The notes under the pieces are model-generated. The model made no database searches and was not told the origin of the DNA. It was given only the letters and a program-made list of their open reading frames with translations. DNA of 60,096 nt, taken from assembly GCA_040878485.1 (NCBI GenBank), contig JBBDMC010000215.1:1-60096 (forward strand), given 5' to 3'. This DNA is from Bauldia sp. (GTDB taxonomy: Bacteria; Pseudomonadota; Alphaproteobacteria; Rhizobiales; Kaistiaceae). Below, piece by piece: positions 9,035 through 17,005 of this stretch. Within the stretch, counting starts at the first letter, position 1. Every line of letters starts with the position of its first letter. The translations under genes were made by a program, and so were the position numbers.

Positions 9035-9397
9035 GCGCGCCCCGAGTCCGCTTAGTAGCGCCACAGAAAACAAAGTTGCGCCAATCCTCCGCCGACTTCA
9101 ATGTTCCCACCGTATGCGAGGGGCCGCAACCGCTTAATTCGATCGGCCGTTGCAAATCTGCTTCACTCGGCGATGCCGGATTTCCACCGAGATTGCCGGT
9201 TTCGTGCATCTGTTGCCGGACCGCAACACCCTCCGGAAAACGCTCTCGGCGCGACCGTTTCCCTGGCGAGTCGCTGCATCGCCTCGGCCGCCAACCGAGA
9301 GCCCTGCGGCAACGGAATTGCGGTTTCTCGTGCGCCCGCATAGCGTGCGCCCGGCGTCGCGCGGCGAACGCCGGGCCGATCCTTGGGGTTCTCGATC

Positions 9398-10492
9398 ATG
9401 GCAAGCACGACAACGCTTACCCGTCGCCGGCTGGCTCGCTCGATCGCTGCGGCCGCGGCGCTCGCCGCGGCGCTCGCCGCCGCGCTCGTCCTCGCTACGG
9501 GAGCGATCGCCCAGGACGCGCTCGGCGCGCTGAAGGGCCAGAGCATCCGCCTCGTCATTGCAGCCGGCGCCGGCGGCGGATCGGATCAGATGGGCCGTAT
9601 GCTCGCCGCCGCCCTCGGCCGGGCATTGCCCGAGACCGCCGTGCACGTGCAGAACCGCGGCGGCGCCGGCGGCGGCCTGGCGATGTCCGAAGTCCAGAAC
9701 GACACCGGCAACCTGGTCACGCTCGGCTTCGCCAACAACGGCCCGGTGTATATCCAGCTGTCGGAGACCGCCGCCGCCCAGTTCGATCTGACCGAGCTTA
9801 AATGGATCGGGTCGGTGGGCGACAACCAGCGGCTTCTTGTCATGCGCAAAGGACTCGGACCGCCGTCCCTCGACACGCTGCGCAACCTCGATCGTCAGCC
9901 GATCCTCGCCGTCGCCGGCAGCGCCGGCAGCGCCGGCTACGTCGAGGCCATGCTGTTCAACGCCATGCTGTCGCTGCGCATGAAAGTGGCCGCCGATCTC
10001 GACGATCCGGTTGTGCAGACGATGATTCTGGCCGGCGACGTCGACGCGACCCTGGGCAGCTACGCCTCGCTGAAACCGATGCTCGATGCCGACGAGGTCG
10101 TCCCGCTCCTTCTCTACGCCAAGGACGGCGCCCCCCAAGGGCTGAGGGACGTGCCGGCGATCGCCGATGTCGTTCAGGCGGGGCAACTCGACCAGCTCGT
10201 CGACATGCTCGCCAGCCTCAGCCGCAGCGGTCGCATCGTCGTGGCTTCGCCGTCGATCCCGGCGGAGCGGATCGCCGCCCTGCGCGCGGCGTTCGATATC
10301 GCGGTCGCCGATCCGGTCTATGCGCAAGAAATGACGGCCGGTGACTACGTCATCAATGCCACCGCCGGCGCCGACATCGAGGAGCGCATCAAGACGTACT
10401 TGGCCATCGGCGGCGATTTCCATGCGCTCTTCAAGCGTTACGTCGAATGCGGCCAGAAGATCAGCGACGGCGCTGCGACCGCTTGCGAATGA
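9398..10492 (+). CDS. TctC/Bug-family periplasmic substrate-binding protein (module 2)
   Basis: Tat/Sec-like signal (TRRRLARSIAAAAALAAA...AQD). Bug-type motifs IRLVIAAGAGGGSDQMGR and NRGGAGGG. Confidence 0.85.
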   Translation: MASTTTLTRRRLARSIAAAAALAAALAAALVLATGAIAQDALGALKGQSIRLVIAAGAGGGSDQMGRMLAAALGRALPETAVHVQNRGGAGGGLAMSEVQNDTGNLVTLGFANNGPVYIQLSETAAAQFDLTELKWIGSVGDNQRLLVMRKGLGPPSLDTLRNLDRQPILAVAGSAGSAGYVEAMLFNAMLSLRMKVAADLDDPVVQTMILAGDVDATLGSYASLKPMLDADEVVPLLLYAKDGAPQGLRDVPAIADVVQAGQLDQLVDMLASLSRSGRIVVASPSIPAERIAALRAAFDIAVADPVYAQEMTAGDYVINATAGADIEERIKTYLAIGGDFHALFKRYVECGQKISDGAATACE

Positions 10493-10542
10493 CCGTTGCG
10501 GGCGACGAGCCGCCGCCGTCGGCTCTCGGGTAGGGCCGCGGG

Positions 10543-12441
10543 GTGCTGGACCTTTTCGGCCTTGAGTCGTGGTTGGCGCCCCTCGTCGCGCTGACCACGG
10601 GAACCCTCCTCGGCTTATTTTACGGCATCCTCCCCGGCATCGGCGGCCGCGTCGGCATTCTCCTGTCGCTGCCGATGGCGACCCTATTCGACCCGCATTC
10701 GGCCGCGATCTTCCTGTTCGCGATGCACGCCGTGGTCCACACCGGAACCTCGATCCCGGCGATCGCGTTCGGTCTGCCTTCCACCGCCTCCGATGCGGCG
10801 ACCGTCATCGACGGCTACCCGCTCGCCAAGATGGGCCGCGCCGGCGAGGCCCTGGGCGCCAGCCTCAGCGCCTCCGCCATCGGCGGCGTCCTCGGCGCCC
10901 TCGCCTTCCTCGCCTGCATTCCCATCGCCCGGCCGCTGGTGACCAGCTTCGGCCCCCCGGAATTCCTGGTCCTGGCGCTGATCGGTTTGACGATGGTCGC
11001 CTCGCTGTCGCGCGAAGGCCTGTTGCCCGGCTTCGTCGTCGGCTGCATCGGCATCCTGTTCGCCATGGTCGGCTACGGCATCCGGACGGGCGAGCCCCGC
11101 TTCACCTTCGGCGTCCTCGACCTGTGGGACGGGCTCGATATCCCGGCCTTGGTCTGCGGGGTGTTCGTCGTTCCCGAGATGCTGTCGATCAACCGCCACG
11201 CCGACCCGGACGCCCAGCGCCGCGCGGTGACCACGACCATCGCCGATGTCTTCCGCGGCATGTTCGTCACCTTTCGCCATACCGCGGTTCTGCTGCGCAG
11301 CACCTTCTACGGCATCGTCATCGGCATCATGCCGGCGGTCGGTTCGTCGGTCGCGGTCTGGCTCTCCTACGGCTATGCCGCGCAGACCACCAAATCGGAG
11401 ATTCCCTTCGGCAAGGGGGCCATCGCCGGCGTCATCGCGCCCGAGGCGGCCAACAACTCGAAAGAGGGCGGGGCAATGGTCCCGACCCTGTTCTTCTCGA
11501 TCCCCGGCAGTTCGAGCATGGCCATCATGATGGCGGCGCTGGGCTACGTCGGCGTCAGCACCGGACGGTCGTTCCTCACCGACAACATCGGTCTGTCGTA
11601 CGCGCTCGCCGCCACGGTTCTGCTGGCCAATATTCTGGCCATACCGGCGTTCTTCGCGGTGGTGCCGTTCCTGGTCCGCTTGTCGGCGCTCCGCCGCGAA
11701 GCGGTCGCCCCGATCGCCATCGCCCTTTCGGTCACCGCGGCGTTGATCAGCACGCCACGCTTTTCGACCGTCGTTCAGGTCGCGGTCGCCTCCGCCCTCG
11801 GCCTGATCCTCAAGTGGGCGGGATGGCCGCGCGGCCCCTTCATCCTCGGCTTCGTGATCGGCCGTCTCGGCGAGACCTCGTTTCACCAGACCGCGGTGAT
11901 TTGGGGTTGGTCGGCGATTTTTCGCCCGGTCACCGCCCTGCTGCTGGTCGCCCTCGCAGGCTGGCTGATCTACGTCGTGGCGACGCGGCCGGTCGCCAGC
12001 CTGCCCGGTTCCGCGAGCCGGACCAGGGCCGTCGCGGCCGGGCTGTTCGCATTCTTCGTGGTCGTGATTGCCTGGAGCCTGACGCTGAAGTTTGCCGCCG
12101 CCGCCGTGCCCCTCGCCGCCGCGGCCATGGGCCTTGTCTGCAGCGGCCTGATCGTGGTCGCGGGGCGCCGTTCCGCGGCGGTCGACGACAAGTCGGAGGC
12201 GATGCGCCACGTCGCCCTGTATGCCGGGTACCTGCTGATCACGCCGCTGATCGGACTGATCGCATCGAGCTTCGTCTTTGTCGCCGCGGCGATGCGCCTC
12301 AACGGCAGCAGGATGTCGCCGGCGCTGATCGCGGCGTTGGTTTTGGCGCTGTCCGAACTGGCCGTGCTGACCCTGGTTTTCGATGTGATCATCGAGAAGG
12401 AAATCGTCGGCCGAGTATTGTGGGCTATCCTGGGATATTGA
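10543..12441 (+). CDS. Tripartite tricarboxylate transporter permease, TctA with a C-terminal TctB-like extension (module 2)
   Basis: Shares the TctA motifs of 3743-5641 (GILPGIGG, GLPSTASDAATVIDG, VIAPEAANNSKEGGA, IPGSSSMA) plus a hydrophobic extension of about 145 aa. No separate tctB gene is present. Confidence 0.85.
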   Translation: MLDLFGLESWLAPLVALTTGTLLGLFYGILPGIGGRVGILLSLPMATLFDPHSAAIFLFAMHAVVHTGTSIPAIAFGLPSTASDAATVIDGYPLAKMGRAGEALGASLSASAIGGVLGALAFLACIPIARPLVTSFGPPEFLVLALIGLTMVASLSREGLLPGFVVGCIGILFAMVGYGIRTGEPRFTFGVLDLWDGLDIPALVCGVFVVPEMLSINRHADPDAQRRAVTTTIADVFRGMFVTFRHTAVLLRSTFYGIVIGIMPAVGSSVAVWLSYGYAAQTTKSEIPFGKGAIAGVIAPEAANNSKEGGAMVPTLFFSIPGSSSMAIMMAALGYVGVSTGRSFLTDNIGLSYALAATVLLANILAIPAFFAVVPFLVRLSALRREAVAPIAIALSVTAALISTPRFSTVVQVAVASALGLILKWAGWPRGPFILGFVIGRLGETSFHQTAVIWGWSAIFRPVTALLLVALAGWLIYVVATRPVASLPGSASRTRAVAAGLFAFFVVVIAWSLTLKFAAAAVPLAAAAMGLVCSGLIVVAGRRSAAVDDKSEAMRHVALYAGYLLITPLIGLIASSFVFVAAAMRLNGSRMSPALIAALVLALSELAVLTLVFDVIIEKEIVGRVLWAILGY

Positions 12442-12448
12442 GGCGCGC

Positions 12449-13372
12449 TCAGCCGAGCTTCTTGAGAACCGCGATCAGCCGGCGCCGGCGCACGACGCTG
12501 CCGCCGACGGTCGCTTCTCGGCCCATCTCTTCGACATCGATCGCGGTAAACGGCGAGGCGGCGAACAGCGCCAGCATCTCCCCCTTGGTCCCGTATTCCG
12601 ACAGCGCAACGCTCTCCGCCGCCACGTGGCGGCCAAGACGAGCGATGAAGACGTCGTACGGTTCAGGCAGCGACAGGCCGCCCGACTCGATCATGTCCAT
12701 CAGCGTGGCGACCATTTGCGGGCGTCGAGGCGGCTCGCCCGCGGAACGCAGCGATTGTGAAAAGACGAGGCGGCCGTCCGCCTTGAGCCAGCGCGCCAGC
12801 AACGCCAGCAGCGCGCCGTGGCGCGCCTTCGCCACGGCGCGGAACAGGCTGTGGACGACAATGACGTCCGCCGCCGCCGAAAGGTCGGTGTCGGGAACCT
12901 CGACGAGGTGGGTCGATACGTCGAGGCCATTCCGGGGCCCGTAAGCGGCGCACAGTTCGAGCGGCGTGCCGCAGCGATCGAGGACCGTGTAGCGCACGCG
13001 CCCCGCGACCTCCGGCCCGGCGAGAAACGCCGCGCGCGCGGCGGTGGCGAGGAGCCCCGTATCCGCCGATCCGACGATAAGGACGTCGATGGCGTCGCCG
13101 TGGCTCGCCTTGGCGGCGAGCAATCCTGCCACAATGCTGATGATCCTCCCGCGATCCACGCTAATCCCGGCGGCGGGGTTAGCCACACGTCGTCCGCAGA
13201 AGGCAATGTGATAGTCGGCGCAGTCGCGGCAATGCCGGGCCGCGATTCCGACCACGTCGCGGAAGTTGCCGGCAAGGTCCTCGCCGAACGTTGCCGGATC
13301 GGAAACGCCTGGAGTATCGCCGCCGCTCACTTTGCTCACATGAGCGCGTCCGTAACAGTCAAACGATGCCAC
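12449..13372 (-). CDS. Methyltransferase-like protein, paralogue 2
   Basis: 307-aa ORF with a Rossmann-like core, paralogous to 2846-3735. Its stop lies 7 nt from the stop of the convergent tctA. GTG at 13372 overlaps the rhaI stop; an alternative GTG lies at 13339. Confidence 0.7.
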   Translation of the reverse strand: MASFDCYGRAHVSKVSGGDTPGVSDPATFGEDLAGNFRDVVGIAARHCRDCADYHIAFCGRRVANPAAGISVDRGRIISIVAGLLAAKASHGDAIDVLIVGSADTGLLATAARAAFLAGPEVAGRVRYTVLDRCGTPLELCAAYGPRNGLDVSTHLVEVPDTDLSAAADVIVVHSLFRAVAKARHGALLALLARWLKADGRLVFSQSLRSAGEPPRRPQMVATLMDMIESGGLSLPEPYDVFIARLGRHVAAESVALSEYGTKGEMLALFAASPFTAIDVEEMGREATVGGSVVRRRRLIAVLKKLG

Positions 13373-14654
13373 CGCTCCCGCCGCTCACCGCCGGCCGTTG
13401 GCCGGCGACCTTGGCGCGGTACTTGGATGCCCGGTAGGTGGCGATCGGGTCGATAGCGCCGCCGTTGCCGGCGCGGGCCTTCGCCAGGATCGCCCCGACG
13501 TCGGTGGTGTAGGCGCGCTTCAGCGACTGCGCTGCCATCAGCGCGTCATTTTTTTCCTGATAGCCGTCGAGGGCGGCGCGGTCGACGAGCAGCGCCTGCG
13601 CGTAGCCCCGCAGGATTTCGATCGCGCTGGTGATCAGGCTCTCGATCGGATCGGTGACGTTGTGCGATTGATCGATCATGTAAGACGGCTTGAAGCCCTT
13701 GGCCTTCCGCTCGGCGGCGTCCACCAGTTCGTTGAAGACGAGAAAAAGCTGGAAGGGATTGATCGACCCGGAGTCAAGATCGTCGTCGCCGTATTTCGAA
13801 TCGTTAAAATGGAAACCGGCGAGCTTTCGGAACTGGATGAGGCGGGCAACTATCATTTCAATGTTGACGTTCGGCGCGTGATGACCGAGGTCCACAAGGC
13901 AGAACGCTTTGGGCCCTAGTTCCATGGCGGCGAGGTAGTTCGTCCCCCAGTCCTGGATGACGGTCGAATAGAACGCCGGCTCGTAGAGCTTGTGCTCGAG
14001 GAAGACGCGCCAGTCGGCGGGCAGCGCCTTGACCACCGTCTTCATGGCGTCGAGGTAGCGCTCGAAGGCGCGGGTGAAATTCGACTGGCCGGGAAAGTTG
14101 GAGCCGTCGCCGATCCACACGGTCAGCGCCTTCGACCCGAGCTTCTCGCCGATCTCGATGCACTCGATGTTGTGGGCGACCGCCTGGTCGCGGACCGCTT
14201 TGTCGGTATGCGACAGGCTGCCGAACTTGTAGCTCCGCTTCTGCCCGGCCGAATCCTGAAAAGTGTTGGAGTTGATCGCATCGAAGGCGAGGCCGAGCTT
14301 TACGGCCTTCTGCATCAGGCCCTTCAGGTCCTTCACCTTGTCCCACGGGATATGAAGCGAGACCCTTGGCGTCGCGCGGCCGAGCTGGTGGATGACGGCG
14401 CAATCGTCGAGCTTGTCGAAGATGTTGCGCGGCTCACCTGGCCCAGAGAAGCGGGCGAAGCGCGTGCCGCCGGTGCCGACGCCCCAGGATGGGATGGCGA
14501 CTTCGAAACGCGCGACCGCCTTGGTGATCTTGTCGATATCGACCTTGCGGCGCGCGAGCTGCTCGCCGAGCGCCTCGTAGTCGGCGGTAAGCGCTTTCTG
14601 CTCCTTGGCGTTCTGCTCGGCGATGAGGTTCTGGTCGATCGGACCGGCAGTCAT
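13359..14654 (-). CDS. rhaI: L-rhamnose isomerase (rhizobial / Pseudomonas stutzeri type)
   Basis: 431 aa, with EVAIPSWGVGTGGTRFARF and a TIM-barrel isomerase pattern. It sits downstream of rhaD, as in Rhizobium rhaDI. Confidence 0.9.
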   Translation of the reverse strand: MTAGPIDQNLIAEQNAKEQKALTADYEALGEQLARRKVDIDKITKAVARFEVAIPSWGVGTGGTRFARFSGPGEPRNIFDKLDDCAVIHQLGRATPRVSLHIPWDKVKDLKGLMQKAVKLGLAFDAINSNTFQDSAGQKRSYKFGSLSHTDKAVRDQAVAHNIECIEIGEKLGSKALTVWIGDGSNFPGQSNFTRAFERYLDAMKTVVKALPADWRVFLEHKLYEPAFYSTVIQDWGTNYLAAMELGPKAFCLVDLGHHAPNVNIEMIVARLIQFRKLAGFHFNDSKYGDDDLDSGSINPFQLFLVFNELVDAAERKAKGFKPSYMIDQSHNVTDPIESLITSAIEILRGYAQALLVDRAALDGYQEKNDALMAAQSLKRAYTTDVGAILAKARAGNGGAIDPIATYRASKYRAKVAGQRPAVSGGSGGIV

Positions 14655-14679
14655 TGGTTCCCCCCGGAATGTGCTGACC

Positions 14680-16773
14680 TCAGCGCGTAAAGCTGATCGC
14701 GTTGCCGGCGTCGACGTTGAGTATGTTGCCGGTCGACTTTGCGCTCATGTCGGAGGCAAGGAAATAGATCGCCTCGGCGACGTCTTCAGGCAGCACGTCG
14801 CGCTTCAGGAGGCTGCGCAGGCGATAGTGTTCCTCGAGATCGTCAGGCTTCTTGTTGTAGGCGGCGGCGCGTTGCTGGCGCCACTCGCTGTTCCAGATCT
14901 TGGAGCCGCGCAGGACCGCGTCCGGATTGACGACGTTGACGCGAATGCCAAGGGGCGCGCCTTCCAGCGCGACGCTGCGGGCAAGATGGATTTCCGCCGC
15001 CTTGGCGGTCGAATAGGCGGCGGCGTTGACCGAGGCGGCGAGCCCGTTCTTGGAAGCGACGAAGACCATGACGCCGCCGAGATTCTGCCGCTTCATGACG
15101 CGGAAGGCTTCGCGCGAAACGAGGAAGTAGCCCTTCGCCAGGATATCCATGTTGCGGTTCCACAAGGCGAGCGGCGTATCCTCGAAGGGCGACGCCGAGG
15201 AAATGCCGGCGTTGGAGACGAGGATGTCGAGCCCGCCATAGTCGGCGAGCGCGTCGGCGAAGGCGTCGATCACGGCGTCTTCGTCGGTCACGTCCATGTG
15301 GACGCCGCGAACGTTGTCTTTGCCGTAGCTCTTGGCCAGCGCGGCCTGGGTCGTTTCCAGCGCCGGCTGGTCGATGTCGGCGATGACGACGGCGGCGCCG
15401 TCTGCCAGGAACCGGGCCGCAGTCGAGCGGCCGATGCCCGAGGCGCCGCCGGTGATGAAGGCAATGCGGCCGGAGAGGCCCTTCGGCTTTGGCAGGCGTT
15501 GCAGCTTGGCCTCCTCAAGCAGCCAGTACTCGATGTCGAAGGCCTCCTGCTCGGGTAGGCCGACGTACGTTCCTATGGACGAGGCCCCGCGCATGACGTT
15601 GATCGCGTTGCGGTAGAACTCGCCGGCGATGCGGGCCGTCGCCTTGTCGCGCGCGAAGGTGATCATGCCGATACCGGGAACGAGATAGACGACCGGATTG
15701 GGATCGCGCATGGCCGGGCTGTCGTGGTGCCGGCAGCGGTCGTAGTAGGCGGCATAGTCGGCGCGATAGCCGGCGATGGCGGGGCCAAGCCCGGCGACGG
15801 TCCGATCGACATCGCCGGACCAATCGACGACGAGCGGCCTGATCTTGGTGCGCAGGAAATGGTCCGGGCACGAGGTGCCGAGGGTCGCCAGTTCGCGCGC
15901 CCGCCTTGAGTTGACGAATTCGAGGACTGCCGGCGAGTCGTCGAAATGGCCGACCTTCTTCTCGTCACGCCCGATCTCGCCTCGGATCTGCGGCATCAGG
16001 CGGACAGCCGCGGCACGGCGCTCGGCCGCCTCGGCGCTGGCGACGGCCTTGCCGCCGAAGGCCGGCTTCGACCCGGCCCTCGCGGCAAGCCAGGTGATCG
16101 CCTTGTTGATGGCGGCGATCGTCGTCTCATAACAGGCGCGCCCGTCGTCGGCCCAGGTGAACAATCCGTGGCTTTCGAGAACCACGCCGACGGCCCTGGG
16201 ATTCTCGCGCGCGAACGTCTCGAGCATCAGACCAAGCTCAAAGCCCGGGCGCCGCCACTGCAGCCAGCCGATGGTGTCGCCGTAGATCTCACGCGTCAGC
16301 GCCCGCGAATTCTTCGATGTGGCGATCGCGATCACGGCGACCGGGTGCATGTGATCGACGTTGGTGCAAGGCAGGAAGGCGTGCAGCGGGGTGTCGATCG
16401 AGGGGGCGCGCGGATTAAGGTTGAACGTGCAGTGCGCGAGGAGCGCGACCATCTCGTCTTCGTGGTCAAAGCCGCGGTACAGCGTCTTCAGCCTCACCAG
16501 CCTGTCGAGGGTGAGGGTGGCAAAACCGTCGAGCTTCATCGAGCCGAGGTCGCCGCCGGAGCCCTTGACCCACAGCACCTCGACGTCGTTGCCGCCGAGA
16601 GGGTCGCGTTCGCGGAGCTTCGCCGACGTGTTGCCACCGCCGAAATTGGTGATGCGCACGTCGGAGCCGAGGAGGTTCGAGCGGTAGAGCAGCAGTTCCG
16701 GCGGGGTCAGCGTCGCGGCGCGTTTCTCGTCCCACTTGCTGGCGAGAAGGGGGCTGTCCATCGCTACGTTCAT
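14680..16773 (-). CDS. rhaD: Bifunctional rhamnulose-1-phosphate aldolase / short-chain dehydrogenase
   Basis: N-terminal class II aldolase/adducin-like half plus a C-terminal SDR (ITGGASGIGR ... YSTAKAA). ATG at 16773; an alternative ATG at 16761 gives MDSPLLASKWDE. Confidence 0.9.
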   Translation of the reverse strand: MNVAMDSPLLASKWDEKRAATLTPPELLLYRSNLLGSDVRITNFGGGNTSAKLRERDPLGGNDVEVLWVKGSGGDLGSMKLDGFATLTLDRLVRLKTLYRGFDHEDEMVALLAHCTFNLNPRAPSIDTPLHAFLPCTNVDHMHPVAVIAIATSKNSRALTREIYGDTIGWLQWRRPGFELGLMLETFARENPRAVGVVLESHGLFTWADDGRACYETTIAAINKAITWLAARAGSKPAFGGKAVASAEAAERRAAAVRLMPQIRGEIGRDEKKVGHFDDSPAVLEFVNSRRARELATLGTSCPDHFLRTKIRPLVVDWSGDVDRTVAGLGPAIAGYRADYAAYYDRCRHHDSPAMRDPNPVVYLVPGIGMITFARDKATARIAGEFYRNAINVMRGASSIGTYVGLPEQEAFDIEYWLLEEAKLQRLPKPKGLSGRIAFITGGASGIGRSTAARFLADGAAVVIADIDQPALETTQAALAKSYGKDNVRGVHMDVTDEDAVIDAFADALADYGGLDILVSNAGISSASPFEDTPLALWNRNMDILAKGYFLVSREAFRVMKRQNLGGVMVFVASKNGLAASVNAAAYSTAKAAEIHLARSVALEGAPLGIRVNVVNPDAVLRGSKIWNSEWRQQRAAAYNKKPDDLEEHYRLRSLLKRDVLPEDVAEAIYFLASDMSAKSTGNILNVDAGNAISFTR

Positions 16774-16872
16774 GGTGCGGTCACAGGGTCGAGCGCTGGT
16801 CGCGCCTGAGTGACAAGGGTGGCGGCCGGCGAGCATCGGCGGCAGTTACGGTCTCGCAAAACCCCTTCCGCT

Positions 16873-16966
16873 TGTCAATTAAAAGCGATCAGAAATACGC
16901 ATATTGCGTCGCAATGAGGTCGATTTGCGATGCAATGCTATCGGAAATGATCATTTTTGATTGACA
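16873..16966. promoter_or_regulatory. Divergent rhaD / rhaR control region with palindromes and two outward-facing TTGACA hexamers
   Basis: AT-rich island. ATTGCG-T-CGCAAT at 16903-16915 and TTGC-GAT-GCAA at 16925-16935. TGTCAA at 16873-16878 (TTGACA on the minus strand) and TTGACA at 16961-16966. Confidence 0.35.
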
Positions 16967-17005
16967 CGGCCGGTAAACCTTGATGATCTCTTCGCGGGAG
17001 ATTGC

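Noticed and set aside
10569-12944. 791-aa plus-strand ORF overlapping tctAB2 in another frame and extending into the MT-like gene
   Set aside because: The translation is Arg/Pro/Gly-rich with no domain signal. The frame at 10543-12441 carries unmistakable TctA motifs.
16961-17005. TTG start at 16961 for rhaR, as in the ORF track
   Set aside because: The ATG at 17006 has a GGGAGA ribosome-binding site. The upstream 15 codons fall in the AT-rich promoter region and coincide with a TTGACA -35-like hexamer.
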